From positions 227,216-291,215 of the IMG/VR virus record IMGVR_UViG_3300049049_000146: a stretch of DNA of 64,000 nt; one strand, given 5' to 3'. Made by a program: the position numbers and the translations under genes. The stretch is from a virus (taxonomy: Duplodnaviria > Heunggongvirae > Uroviricota > Caudoviricetes). Positions 8,408 to 17,750 of this stretch are shown piece by piece (position 1 is the first letter of the stretch; the number at the start of each line of letters is the position of its first letter). The notes beneath the pieces are model-generated. The model saw only the letters and a program-made list of their open reading frames with translations, was not told where the DNA came from and ran no database searches.

Positions 8408-11400
8408 TCAGACCTGCTGGCCGAAGAACTTGCGGTCAACCGAGTACAGACCAAACAGGCGCTTGATCGGGTAACGGCCGAACCAGTAGTATTTGAAGTT
8501 GTAGAGGGTCTTGGAATCCTTCGCGCGGAAGACCTCAACGTCCGAATTCGGGTCGATTGGGCGTGGGTTACCGTTCTCGTCCTGGTAAGGACCGATGATT
8601 CCACGAGCGACCAGGCCAGCCAGACGCTCGACGAGGAACGTCTGGATGATCGCGACACCTGCCTGCTCGGAAGGAGGCACGATAGCGATGAGGCTGTTGT
8701 CCATCTGCGTGCGGATTTCACGCGTGACGAACTGCTTCTGGTTGATCGCGACGGAGATTTCGTTGTTGTCGTCAGAGCTACGATCGACCGTAGTGGACTC
8801 CTCGATACGGAACACCGGAGCGTCGTCACTGCCCTGATTCGACAACCAGATGATGGACGCACCGTTGAGGAGAAGCTCGTCGGGCTCCGAGTAAACCTTC
8901 ATCGAGTCGAACCCGAAGAGGTTCTGACGAAGAAGAGTCTGACCAGGGTCCTCGAACGAAGCGTTCTTCGCAGCAAGAGCGCCCGCGATGAACGAACCGT
9001 CAAGCGTCACGACGACGTTAGAACCGTCAGAAAGCGTGATCGTCTTCGTGGCTTCAACGTTACCGCAAAGCACACGCGTACCGTGCGCTGGGTTCTCGCC
9101 GAACACCTGGAGGGTGCGCGTTGCGAGGTAAACCAGCGTACCTGGAGTCGACTCATCACCGATCTGAGTACCAACCGGCGCACCCACCCAAAGAGCACGC
9201 TCGCCACGCTCGAAGGGATCGTTCATCTTCTCGTTGTTCGCCATCGATGCCGAAAGCGATGAGAAGCTGTTGAGCACGATTACGTCCGTGAGCGTACGAA
9301 CATCTTCGGTGGCTTCAATTGCGCGGTTGATGTCAACCGGGTTGATGACGCCGTCACCATCAAGGTCTCGCGCCTGGCAGAAGTACGCGCCGGGGGCGTC
9401 GTTATCCGTCAGAGCAAGCTGAGCCGCGATGTAGAGGTCGTTTGTCGCCGACGACGGACCGAGGAGAATTCCTGCTTCGTCGTCGCTAAGCGCGCGAAGC
9501 GGAGTCTCATAAAGCTCCGTCGGACGAACCGTATTCGCCGTGATGTAGTAAATGTTGCCCGGAGAAGGCTCAATTCCTACGGTCTCGTAACGAATCTCGA
9601 TCGGATTTACCGGAGCCGTCGTGAACGCAACGTAAGGCTGCGTCGTTGATGGCATCGAGTACGACGTGATCAGCGCTCCAGTGACCGTGTCGCGCACGTA
9701 AAGGATCTGGGTAGGAATGCTCGAAAGAACAACGTACCTCAGACCAACAGTGCCCGTAATGACACCGAGCGCGTCCGTGTAGACCTGCGTCGTGTTGATC
9801 GTCTCGCTGGTCCTGGTCGTGAGGGACCAGTCGATGACGTCGTCACACACGGTGTCGAACGTCCAACGGTCGCCAATCGCGAAGCGGTTCGAAGACGTAA
9901 CCTGAGAACCAAGGTTACGCACGTAGAGGCGCACGCCACCAGGCAGGAAGAGTGAGCCACCCGCCCCCGTAGCGGACACAATACCGAAGCTTCCTTCGGG
10001 TGTGCCCGTCTGATAGGAGAACGTCGCGACATTGTCAGATCCGCTCGTACCAACCGCGGAGACATCGAGGATGTACTCACGGTCGTCCTTTGCAGAAATG
10101 AAAGCGCGAGGCGCGTTTGCCTGGAACCAGTACGCGTCATTTGCCGCGAAGTTCGAGGCACCAAACGCGAGGTCGATCAAAACACCATCACCGAGGCTGA
10201 CGTTGGAATTCGTGCCCGTAGCCTCGGAAATCGTGAATGTACGGCCAGAGCCGTTGTAGCGAAGGTCCGCGTATTCACCCCACGCCTGCCACACGAATGT
10301 GGCGGTACGTGCGCCCGCAGCACCCGCAGCAGCCGTGCAGATGAGGAGGTAACGACGGTTCGCGCTACCAGTGTACTCCGCGTTCGCACGAAGAGTGATG
10401 GCGCCCGTGCCCGTCGCTGCGCCGCCGATCGAAATCGACCAGTTTGGCGTTGCAGCAACCTGAGTGACCGCGCCGGAGCTAACCGCGGAGAACGATGCGT
10501 GCTGGACGGTGTTCAACACCGCTGAATCGATCTCAATACGGGACGGACCGACGACCGACGTCTCGAAAACATCGCCAGTGTCCGTGTCGGAAGCGGAGTC
10601 GTCTAGCACCAGGACGATCTGGTCGCCCGTGATATCAGTGAAATTGATCGTACGTACTGCGCCCGGGGCACCGAAATCAACCGTCGTCGAAGACGACGTA
10701 AATCCGGTGTGGAGCGGAAGCTGCGGCATCGTGCCGATACCTGTAGTACCGAACATCGAAGCAGCGGTGATGCTTGCACCCGCAGCAACTGCAGGAATAC
10801 TTGCGCCTGAATCCTGGAGCACTTCAATCGTCGCAGGAATTGACGCGCCGACGGTGCCGATTGTCACGCGATAACGACGATTGTAGCCGTGACCAGACGT
10901 AGACGCCGGACCAACATGGAGCATGCTGGTTCCAGTGCCGCTTACACGTCGGAAGTAGCCGGCACTAGCCAGCGCGGAGCCGGTCGTGGGGAAGCGGAGT
11001 CCAGTCGTTCCGAGCACAGCGTTCGCGGTACCAACGTTCACCAACACAGCAGAAATGCCAGGGTCGTTCGAATTCGAACGAATGGTGATGTTGCCCGAGG
11101 ACTCGGCGATTGCAATACCCTGGGCAGAGATCACGGCGTTGATCTGCGCAGCAGCCGAAGCAGCTGACGTGGTCGCGCCCGCGGCGAACACGACGTTCGG
11201 CATGACGACGCCGTTGATGGAGAGGCTCAGGATTTCACCGCCCGCAAAGTTGAACGGAGCGGCAGCCGTACTCGTGATCTGCGCCGCGAGGAAGCCCTCA
11301 TCTGTGCTCGCAGAATTCGCGTTGTCCGCATCGGCGGTCGGCGAGGTGATCGACACAGGGATGAAGAAGTTCACGAACTCAACGTAGAGATCCTGATTCT

Positions 11401-11872
11401 CTGCGTTGCCGACGAACCGAACCTGACGAATGTCGTCAAAGAGAAGCTCGTCGCGAATCGTGCGAGAAGAGGACTGGTAGCTGAGGGTGTAGCTTACGGT
11501 TGGGTCGAAAACCTCAGGAAGCATAAGCACGGAGTCGTAGACTCCGGAACCTGGGGTTGACTCAAAGAAACGCCACTTCGAGGGCGAAACAACGTTACCA
11601 TCACTGCGCTCAAGAACAGCTACAGTCTGGTCGTTGATTGCTGGCTGGGCGAGCGCCACAATGTGAGGTGCGACACCAGGGAAAGGCATCGCGACGTCAC
11701 GCAGGTAGCTGCGACGCATGCTGTCGTTAAAGACAGTGCGAAGGCGGCTACCCTTACCAACGTAGCAAGGCAAACGGACGAAGCCGGTAAGCCCCGTTGG
11801 GGTTGGGCGGTTGACACGGCCAATATACGCGCCGGGCTTTACAACTCGTGTAGTTACAAGAACGTCAGGCAT
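8408..11872 (-). CDS. Tail sheath protein with large inserted domains, 1154 aa
   Basis: N-terminal KPGAYI...LPCYVGKG and C-terminal sheath-like region (LDGSFIAGALAA, EISVAINQKQFV, YFWFG-like YPIKRL terminus) typical of contractile sheaths; upstream of the tube gene. Confidence 0.8.
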   Translation of the reverse strand: MPDVLVTTRVVKPGAYIGRVNRPTPTGLTGFVRLPCYVGKGSRLRTVFNDSMRRSYLRDVAMPFPGVAPHIVALAQPAINDQTVAVLERSDGNVVSPSKWRFFESTPGSGVYDSVLMLPEVFDPTVSYTLSYQSSSRTIRDELLFDDIRQVRFVGNAENQDLYVEFVNFFIPVSITSPTADADNANSASTDEGFLAAQITSTAAAPFNFAGGEILSLSINGVVMPNVVFAAGATTSAASAAAQINAVISAQGIAIAESSGNITIRSNSNDPGISAVLVNVGTANAVLGTTGLRFPTTGSALASAGYFRRVSGTGTSMLHVGPASTSGHGYNRRYRVTIGTVGASIPATIEVLQDSGASIPAVAAGASITAASMFGTTGIGTMPQLPLHTGFTSSSTTVDFGAPGAVRTINFTDITGDQIVLVLDDSASDTDTGDVFETSVVGPSRIEIDSAVLNTVQHASFSAVSSGAVTQVAATPNWSISIGGAATGTGAITLRANAEYTGSANRRYLLICTAAAGAAGARTATFVWQAWGEYADLRYNGSGRTFTISEATGTNSNVSLGDGVLIDLAFGASNFAANDAYWFQANAPRAFISAKDDREYILDVSAVGTSGSDNVATFSYQTGTPEGSFGIVSATGAGGSLFLPGGVRLYVRNLGSQVTSSNRFAIGDRWTFDTVCDDVIDWSLTTRTSETINTTQVYTDALGVITGTVGLRYVVLSSIPTQILYVRDTVTGALITSYSMPSTTQPYVAFTTAPVNPIEIRYETVGIEPSPGNIYYITANTVRPTELYETPLRALSDDEAGILLGPSSATNDLYIAAQLALTDNDAPGAYFCQARDLDGDGVINPVDINRAIEATEDVRTLTDVIVLNSFSSLSASMANNEKMNDPFERGERALWVGAPVGTQIGDESTPGTLVYLATRTLQVFGENPAHGTRVLCGNVEATKTITLSDGSNVVVTLDGSFIAGALAAKNASFEDPGQTLLRQNLFGFDSMKVYSEPDELLLNGASIIWLSNQGSDDAPVFRIEESTTVDRSSDDNNEISVAINQKQFVTREIRTQMDNSLIAIVPPSEQAGVAIIQTFLVERLAGLVARGIIGPYQDENGNPRPIDPNSDVEVFRAKDSKTLYNFKYYWFGRYPIKRLFGLYSVDRKFFGQQV

Positions 11873-11883
11873 GGTCCTCAGAC

Positions 11884-11918
11884 ACTCCGCACTCTACGTT
11901 ATCCGCAGTAGACGGAGT
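11884..11918 (-). promoter_or_regulatory. Stem-loop in sheath gene 5' leader
   Basis: ACTCCG-TCTAC...GTAGA-gtg-CGGAGT pairing that ends just before the GAGG SD. Confidence 0.45.
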
Positions 11919-11956
11919 AGTTTGTTGTGTTCTAAGCCGGCGTAAGTAGCAGGAAA

Positions 11957-12505
11957 TCACTCACCGAGGTCGTTCGCAAGCTCGTCAAGTGCTGCGTCAT
12001 CATCGACGTCAGCCTCGTCACCTGCGTCGAGATCCATGTCGCCAGCATCCTCATCAAGGCCAGCGTCATCAAGGGCTGGCTCGTCAGCTGCGGGGGCAGC
12101 CGGAGCAGCTTCAGCACCGGGAGCCGCAGGAGCGCCGCCAGCAGCGCCGGGGGCCTGCGTCATGTCACGAAGCTTCATGTAGAATTCGTGAAGGTCCTTC
12201 TCGTGCTTCTCGGCAGCATTCACGAGCTTCTTCACCATCTGAACCTGCTCGGCTCCATGTCCGTACGAGTCCATGAAGATGTAGACGAGGTTCTGGCCAC
12301 GGTTGTTGTTCCACCAGTTCAGGAAGTCCGGCCAACTCTCGATCTCAATCTTCGATTCCTTCGAAGAAGCAGCCTCACGAAGGCTTGCTGCGTTCAACTC
12401 GCGAATAGCGGCAGCGATGCGGGCGCTAACGCCATCAAGATTACGACTCTCCGCCTGTGCTGCGAGGCGAAGGAGCTTCTCACGGGCTTCGTTATTGCTG
12501 CTCAT
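11957..12505 (-). CDS. Hypothetical protein with acidic C-terminal tail, about 182 aa
   Basis: ATG at 12505 (GTG at 12511 is an alternative); N-terminal EKLLRLAAQAE motif; D-rich tail. Confidence 0.7.
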   Translation of the reverse strand: MSSNNEAREKLLRLAAQAESRNLDGVSARIAAAIRELNAASLREAASSKESKIEIESWPDFLNWWNNNRGQNLVYIFMDSYGHGAEQVQMVKKLVNAAEKHEKDLHEFYMKLRDMTQAPGAAGGAPAAPGAEAAPAAPAADEPALDDAGLDEDAGDMDLDAGDEADVDDDAALDELANDLGE

Positions 12506-12527
12506 GGACACAACCTAGGTGTAGGAA

Positions 12528-12591
12528 AGATAACCCGACGATGCGGGGGTTGAAATCACTTCCGGAAGATTTCGGACCGAACCGTAGATAA
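12528..12591 (-). promoter_or_regulatory. Two TTATCT motifs flanking small hairpins upstream of the sheath operon
   Basis: GTTATCTAC (12585-12591) and GTTATCTTT (12528-12533) in a 100-nt intergenic gap. Confidence 0.45.
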
Positions 12592-12609
12592 CGGCAACGA
12601 AAGCGTCCT

Positions 12610-13287
12610 CTAAGGAGTGTGGAAGACGTCTTGGATTGCCTTCCGGACGAAAGAGTAAGGGTATACGTGGTCGTACTCGTTGTTCACGATACGGTCGCAT
12701 TCTTTTTCGATGAGCGAACGAACATACCCCTTGAAGGGCATCATGAAATAGTACCCAGGGCCCGTGAACTGGTTGCAGACGAATTCTACGTCCTCATCCT
12801 CAATCCGCCCGTTCATCCAGTAGAGCACAGCAAGCGTCATGCGATACCCGGCAACTTCTTCAGCAGCCCGGAAGGGTGCTGGTAGAGGGGCCAAGCACAG
12901 CAAGAAAGCAAAACAAAAGTACCAGCCCCAACCAAGCCAAATGCCGAGGAAGCCGAAGACTGACAATACCGCAAGGATCTGCGGAAAGATGTATGCTAGG
13001 CGGTGCGGCCACGTGCCCTTCTGCTTTGTGTGAAGCAGGTGGACGAATTCATGCGCCAGAACAGTCCAGAGAAGACGAACGTTCTGGAACCATGACTCAG
13101 GCACGAATACCTTCGGGTACATCGTGGTACCGAAGTGCTCCATGAATCGGCGATTGAAGAGCCAAACCACAGCTGCGGCAGCCTTCATCCAATCGCTCTT
13201 CTGCTTAGACAGCGTCTCGTACCCCGGAATCTGACGCCGGATCTCCTGATCCAGCCGCTCCAGCATCATCTCGTCCTGCGTCTGCAT
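12610..13287 (-). CDS. Membrane-associated zincin (HEXXH) metallopeptidase-like protein
   Basis: LAHEFVH motif, a hydrophobic hairpin (ILAVLSVFGFLGIWLGWGWYFCFAFLLCL), then RAAEEVAGY with a candidate third Glu ligand. Start uncertain (13287, 13269 or 13341). Confidence 0.65.
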   Translation of the reverse strand: MQTQDEMMLERLDQEIRRQIPGYETLSKQKSDWMKAAAAVVWLFNRRFMEHFGTTMYPKVFVPESWFQNVRLLWTVLAHEFVHLLHTKQKGTWPHRLAYIFPQILAVLSVFGFLGIWLGWGWYFCFAFLLCLAPLPAPFRAAEEVAGYRMTLAVLYWMNGRIEDEDVEFVCNQFTGPGYYFMMPFKGYVRSLIEKECDRIVNNEYDHVYPYSFVRKAIQDVFHTP

Positions 13288-14170
13288 CGTCAGCGCCCTT
13301 CCAGTATCGCTTGATGAAGCGAACGTCGTGTCCTGATTCACGATAAGGAGAAAAACGGCGCTTCATAACTCGGATGGCCTCGGGGTTCTGATCGATCAGG
13401 ATGAATTTTCGATTGAGGCGCAAAGCCGCCTCACCCGTCGTACCGCTACCCCCGAAGCAATCGAGAACAATCCCACCCACAGGCGAAGAGGCGCGGATGA
13501 TGCGCTCTAGAACGCCGAGAGGCTTCTGTGTGGGATAACCAGTCTTTTCCTTACCAGTAGGACTGACGATTGTGTGCCACCAGCAGGAGGTCGGCAGTTT
13601 ACCCTTTGTCGCCTTGACTGAATCGACCATTCCTGGAGCCATGTAAGGTTCACGGTCGATGTCGTTGATGTTGAAGATATGAGAGCCAAACTGCTTGGCC
13701 CACACCATGATGTTATTGTGCTTTCGAGGCCAACGGTTCTTGGGCTTGGCCCCGTAATCGAAAGCCCAAATGACCTCGTTCATGAAGTTGTCACGCCCGA
13801 AGATGGGGTCTCCCACAAAGACGCGGGCATACGCAGCTTCACGGTCGTCGAGGTGGAGATAGAAAGTGCCGGTGGGCTTGAGAATTCGGTGAATCTCACG
13901 GACTCGCAGATTCAAGAACGCGAGGTACTGGGCCTCGCTCTCGAACGAATCACCATACGAGAGATTCTCACCCAGGTCCTGAACGATGTACTCGTGACCT
14001 CCGAAGCCGATCCGGTCACCGTTCTCTGCCCGAATATACTTAGCCTTGCCGCGCGTGCGCGTCTTCCCCGTATTGAACGGAGGGTCGATGTAGACTAAGT
14101 CTACCGACTCATCCGGGATCATACGAAGAATGTCGAGACTATCTGCGAGGTAAATCTTCCCTGAAGACAT
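13205..14170 (-). CDS. Orphan DNA amino-methyltransferase (N6-A/N4-C, beta class)
   Basis: Motif IV YIDPPF near the N-terminus, YPTQKP, motif I LDCFGGSGTT near the C-terminus. Confidence 0.92.
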   Translation of the reverse strand: MSSGKIYLADSLDILRMIPDESVDLVYIDPPFNTGKTRTRGKAKYIRAENGDRIGFGGHEYIVQDLGENLSYGDSFESEAQYLAFLNLRVREIHRILKPTGTFYLHLDDREAAYARVFVGDPIFGRDNFMNEVIWAFDYGAKPKNRWPRKHNNIMVWAKQFGSHIFNINDIDREPYMAPGMVDSVKATKGKLPTSCWWHTIVSPTGKEKTGYPTQKPLGVLERIIRASSPVGGIVLDCFGGSGTTGEAALRLNRKFILIDQNPEAIRVMKRRFSPYRESGHDVRFIKRYWKGADDADAGRDDAGAAGSGDPASDSGVRDAV

Positions 14171-14179
14171 CCGTAATCC

Positions 14180-15220
14180 TTAAATCACTTTGACGCGCAC
14201 AGACCAAGTCTTGATGATCTTAGGACCGCTCGCGATACCTGGCGTGTAGTCCATCAGATGGAGATTGAACGTACCTGGGCGCTTTGGAATAAGCTTACAG
14301 CCATCCAATCGAGCGATACGCGGGTTGTCGATCACGAACCGAGATTTCGCTGGAACCCACGGAGCGTCGATCACCGCGTGTTGGTTCAGCTGAATTTCGG
14401 CGGGGACACGGATCGAGTCAATCGACGGGTACGTAGTTGAGATAGGAACTACGTCTCCGGTCTCCAGACTGAATCGAATGGGGTCCGTCCCCTCGTACCA
14501 AGCACTAATCTGATGCAGTTCTGGCTGCACCTGCTTATCAAAGCCGAGGCGGATGAGTCCCTCGAAGGTCAAGTCGAGTGAAATCGACGTTGACCACATG
14601 ATGTCCTTCGAGTCGCCCTCCATGTTCCTGTGCTCCAACCCACTGGGCTGGAACGTCAAGGGGAGGCGCACCTCCCACTTGTCTTCGGGACGATTGCTGC
14701 GAATCGTGTGTGACTTGTTGAAGTGCGTCAGCGGGCCGAAGATGTAGACGAGTAGATCTCGAATGTCTGCGCAAGTAGTCTCGTCCTGCGCAGCGATGTG
14801 AAGCTCCATGGGGATGTTGGCTAGCATCGCCAACTCTACGCTGGACGTCGAGCGGTCAATCGGCCAAGAGCCGGTCAACCCACCGAGACCTGGCATCACA
14901 TACTCGAACCCGGAATCGACGAGGATGATGCACGGCAGCATCTGCTTCAGGTCACGCCAATAGCGCGAAAGCTGTACCTCGATAACTGTAGGGTCGTCCT
15001 TATCCTTAGCACCAGAAATTCGCGTCTCGAACTGAACAGAAAATCCTGCAGTCAGCTTAAGCTGCTGGCGCAGGTTTCCGGTAGGAGCGAAGTATCGCTC
15101 CAGGTATGACTGAAGCGCGGACTTGACCGTCTGCGTAACACGGGCTTCAGCGTCACGCGCAACGCTTTCGCGTTTCGTGCGCGGAATACTGCTAAAGATG
15201 TACTCTTCGGGTTTGTCCAT
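14180..15220 (-). CDS. Putative tail completion/terminator protein with C-terminal Ig-like segment, 346 aa
   Basis: LPCIILV...ELHIAAQDETTCADIRDLLVYIF pattern resembles tail terminator folds; C-terminal NPRIARLDGCKLIPKRPGTF resembles Big_2 Ig-like repeats; upstream of the sheath gene. Confidence 0.45.
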   Translation of the reverse strand: MDKPEEYIFSSIPRTKRESVARDAEARVTQTVKSALQSYLERYFAPTGNLRQQLKLTAGFSVQFETRISGAKDKDDPTVIEVQLSRYWRDLKQMLPCIILVDSGFEYVMPGLGGLTGSWPIDRSTSSVELAMLANIPMELHIAAQDETTCADIRDLLVYIFGPLTHFNKSHTIRSNRPEDKWEVRLPLTFQPSGLEHRNMEGDSKDIMWSTSISLDLTFEGLIRLGFDKQVQPELHQISAWYEGTDPIRFSLETGDVVPISTTYPSIDSIRVPAEIQLNQHAVIDAPWVPAKSRFVIDNPRIARLDGCKLIPKRPGTFNLHLMDYTPGIASGPKIIKTWSVRVKVI

Positions 15221-15227
15221 CTTCCTA

Positions 15228-15233
15228 AGATAA
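15228..15233 (-). promoter_or_regulatory. TTATCT motif 7 nt upstream of ATG
   Basis: CTTATCT TAGGAAG ATG, downstream of a strong hairpin. Confidence 0.4.
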
Positions 15234-15258
15234 GACGCAATTTTAGGCCATTAAGCGC

Positions 15259-15293
15259 GGAAAGGGGCCAGGCACTACGCCGGGCCCCTTTCC
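15259..15293 (-). terminator. Terminator-like GC-rich hairpin
   Basis: GGAAAGGGGCCCGGC-GTAGT-GCCTGGCCCCTTTCC directly after a stop codon; weak U tract on the minus strand. Confidence 0.6.
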
Positions 15294-15295
15294 TC

Positions 15296-15775
15296 TTATT
15301 TCTTCTGCTGATCCTGGAGGAACTCCCGTTCCTCTGCCTCGATCGTTGCCAGGAAGTCGAGAAGCTTTTCTGGTTGATTTGCGATGTCTCGCGGAACTGG
15401 CTTGCGGCCAAGGTACGCTACGTCATCAACAGACGCGTACATCGCATGTCCCCGAGTGCCAGGGTGATCAATCAGGAAGTGCGTGATCTCTGGACGTTCC
15501 TTTCGAACCTGACGAGCGATTCGAATAAGTCCGGCCTGGATCACCTCACGGGTCTGGTCGTCTGTTCGCCGAGGAAGTTCGATGATGTTCTCGACGGCGT
15601 CGGGCTGCCGCAAATAACAGTAGCGCTTTGCGGCAGCCTCAGACGTAAACAGTAAGACCACATAGTTCCCGCTGTCGAGGAGTTCGACAGCTGGAATTCC
15701 GCCGTTCTTTTCGCTGATGACGAAAAGAGGCCCGTTGAGGGGAACGTACTTCGACTCTTCTTCCTGTGGTGGCAT
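15296..15775 (-). CDS. Hypothetical protein, 159 aa (SseB/DUF3110-like motif)
   Basis: VVLLFTSEAAAKRY pattern; in operon. Confidence 0.6.
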   Translation of the reverse strand: MPPQEEESKYVPLNGPLFVISEKNGGIPAVELLDSGNYVVLLFTSEAAAKRYCYLRQPDAVENIIELPRRTDDQTREVIQAGLIRIARQVRKERPEITHFLIDHPGTRGHAMYASVDDVAYLGRKPVPRDIANQPEKLLDFLATIEAEEREFLQDQQKK

Positions 15776-15786
15776 ACGCGTGGAGG

Positions 15787-16545
15787 CTAAGTTACGTCAC
15801 CCGCATAGTCAAGCAGCCGGTCGTACCACCTACGAACGTTGTGGTAGTACGCGTAGTTGAACCGGCTGGGGCTGTTGTGCTGCACCCAGTAGCCGTCAGC
15901 ACACGGTACGCTGTACCTGAGAACCCGACCACTCGACCACGTGTGAACGCCTCTGTATACAGTTACAGAATCGCACTGCCTCCGGTAATTCACCATCGAA
16001 CGCGCCAGGATTCGAATACTGGTGCGGGCGTCCATCAGTTCGGCAGGGTCGCGAATCTCGAATTGACCCACCATGCCCGGCCATCGGAACTGAGCAAGGC
16101 CAAAATCGGCCGTACCCACCTGATACTGTGCGCGCAGCCGGCGACTCGTAAGGATCCTTACGATATCGCGTTCGCGCATGTCTCTGCCTTCAGAACTAAA
16201 CTGCTGTCTCACCTCCGCCCATTCGGTGCCGCTGACTGCGCACCGATTGAAAGAACTTTCCTGCATGATGATCGACGCGGCGACCCACGGACTGAACGCG
16301 GCGTCCTGATTGTACTCCTCGATGAGATATTCGGCGTACTGGCGAGCGCGAAGCGCAGCTTCCTCATCACGGATCTGCGTTCCACATTCTCTCCAGGCGA
16401 GATTTCCACGTTCACCAGTCTTCAGCCGCAGAATCGCTGCTCCCAGAACGTCGACCGTAAGCGGAGGCTCGTCCGCTGCGGCTACGCTCGCGACCTGGCT
16501 GATGATGAGGAAAATGATCAGTCCCAGATACGTATGCTTCTTCAT
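15787..16545 (-). CDS. Secreted lytic transglycosylase (SLT-like)
   Basis: ATG at 16545 with GGAG SD; signal peptide MKKHTYLGLIIFLIISQVASVAAA; SLT motifs IMQESSFN, DFGLAQF, LMDARTSI. Confidence 0.75.
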   Translation of the reverse strand: MKKHTYLGLIIFLIISQVASVAAADEPPLTVDVLGAAILRLKTGERGNLAWRECGTQIRDEEAALRARQYAEYLIEEYNQDAAFSPWVAASIIMQESSFNRCAVSGTEWAEVRQQFSSEGRDMRERDIVRILTSRRLRAQYQVGTADFGLAQFRWPGMVGQFEIRDPAELMDARTSIRILARSMVNYRRQCDSVTVYRGVHTWSSGRVLRYSVPCADGYWVQHNSPSRFNYAYYHNVRRWYDRLLDYAGDVT

Positions 16546-16678
16546 TGTGTCTCCATTACCAGGCACACAACTGCATCCAGACGAATTACGGATTGTCATT
16601 CGACGCTCCGGACCATCGGCTAGAAAACCCGGCTTCTTTTCTCCTTCTCGCCCGCGGACCTATTTCCGCGCGACGTTC

Positions 16679-16714
16679 AAAACGAACGAGGGGCGGGACA
16701 TAGCCCACCCCTCG
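16679..16714 (-). terminator. Rho-independent terminator
   Basis: CGAGGGGTGGG-CTATGT-CCCGCCCCTCG followed by TTCGTTTT. Confidence 0.8.
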
Positions 16715-16738
16715 AACTCTGTCCAGTCTTGATGTAGT

Positions 16739-17002
16739 TCAGGTGCCTACAGCGCGGCCGTCCTTCACGGTCTGCAGCTGGGCGTAGGCCCCGCGGGGCT
16801 GAGCGACGGCCTCCAGAAGCTCCGGGGTCGTCGCCATCGTGAGCGCGTAGGTCGAGGCCTTGTTCTTCTGGGTGGCGTCAGCGTAATGAGCAACGGTCTT
16901 CTGTTGCATCGCGCGCAGACGACGATAAGCGACAACAAGAAAAACGAAGCCTAGAACTTCAACGAAGCCGATGACAAACAGTGCGGACATATCAGCCTCC
17001 AA
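16739..17002 (-). CDS. Small single-TM membrane protein (lysis-associated candidate), 87 aa
   Basis: N-terminal hydrophobic helix followed by YRRLR; directly downstream of the endolysin; GGAGG SD before ATG at 16990. Confidence 0.55.
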   Translation of the reverse strand: MEADMSALFVIGFVEVLGFVFLVVAYRRLRAMQQKTVAHYADATQKNKASTYALTMATTPELLEAVAQPRGAYAQLQTVKDGRAVGT

Positions 17003-17750
17003 CCGGAACGAGTTGGTAACCGTGGCTCAGGCACTTTCGCACGAGAAGCAAGCCCGCGTCACGCTTCTGCGTGTTCGGGTCATGCATGTGCTCGACAATT
17101 CCACCGGTCCAGCTTCTTAGCTGCTTCACCGTAAAGCGTGAAGTCTTCAACTGACCATTAGGGTCTGCTGGGACCGAACGCGGGATGCTCACCTTACCAT
17201 TGGTGAAGTTTCGAACGAGGTCACTGCTAAGGAGGTCGCAAAGGTCAAGCCACGCCTGATACTGACCGGGGTAGAAATCAAGAGTCTCGATCTTCTTCCC
17301 TAGCTGCTCTGCGATCACCTTATTGCGGGGGCGCTTACCAACGAGCGCCTTAGGCTCAGCAGCGTTTACGATTTCGACGCCAAGCGTCTTATCGTTCATC
17401 GTCTTGCTGCCGACGTGTGTACACCTTGTACTCACAATGTCGGCTACCTGCCAGACCTTGGCTCTCGCGTCTGTCGGACCGCACGCCCCGATGAGGAAGT
17501 GAAAGCTCACCTTCATCGGCTTGTTAGGGTCCTTCTTCGACTTACGTGCCTTCGTCCCCCTCACTACGAAGGGACCGTCATCGTCGAAGGTATTTAGTCC
17601 CGCCTCACCAGCGGTCCAATGTCCCGTAATGCCGACAATCGTCCCCTTTTGGGGGTCCGCGCCGTGGTCCGTTGGTGCCCACCAGGCGTTGGGATCGTGG
17701 ATGATCCACTCGGTGCCTGGAACTTCTTTGCCGTTCGCAATGAGTGCCAT
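16992..17750 (-). CDS. Endolysin, N-acetylmuramoyl-L-alanine amidase (Amidase_2)
   Basis: GHWTAG, SFHFLIG, THVG..MNDKTLGVEIVN, EHMH...KRDAG zinc-amidase motifs. Start at 17750 or 17771. Confidence 0.85.
   Translation of the reverse strand: MALIANGKEVPGTEWIIHDPNAWWAPTDHGADPQKGTIVGITGHWTAGEAGLNTFDDDGPFVVRGTKARKSKKDPNKPMKVSFHFLIGACGPTDARAKVWQVADIVSTRCTHVGSKTMNDKTLGVEIVNAAEPKALVGKRPRNKVIAEQLGKKIETLDFYPGQYQAWLDLCDLLSSDLVRNFTNGKVSIPRSVPADPNGQLKTSRFTVKQLRSWTGGIVEHMHDPNTQKRDAGLLLVRKCLSHGYQLVPVGG

Noticed and set aside
8389-8862. 157-aa minus-strand ORF nested in the sheath 3' end with its stop overlapping the next ATG
   Set aside because: S/R/T-rich alternative-frame translation typical of GC-biased genes; no SD or slippery site found to support expression.
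5029-11872. Extracellular contractile injection system or tailocin
   Set aside because: Co-encoded polymerase, topoisomerase, tRNAs and endolysin indicate a replicating phage.
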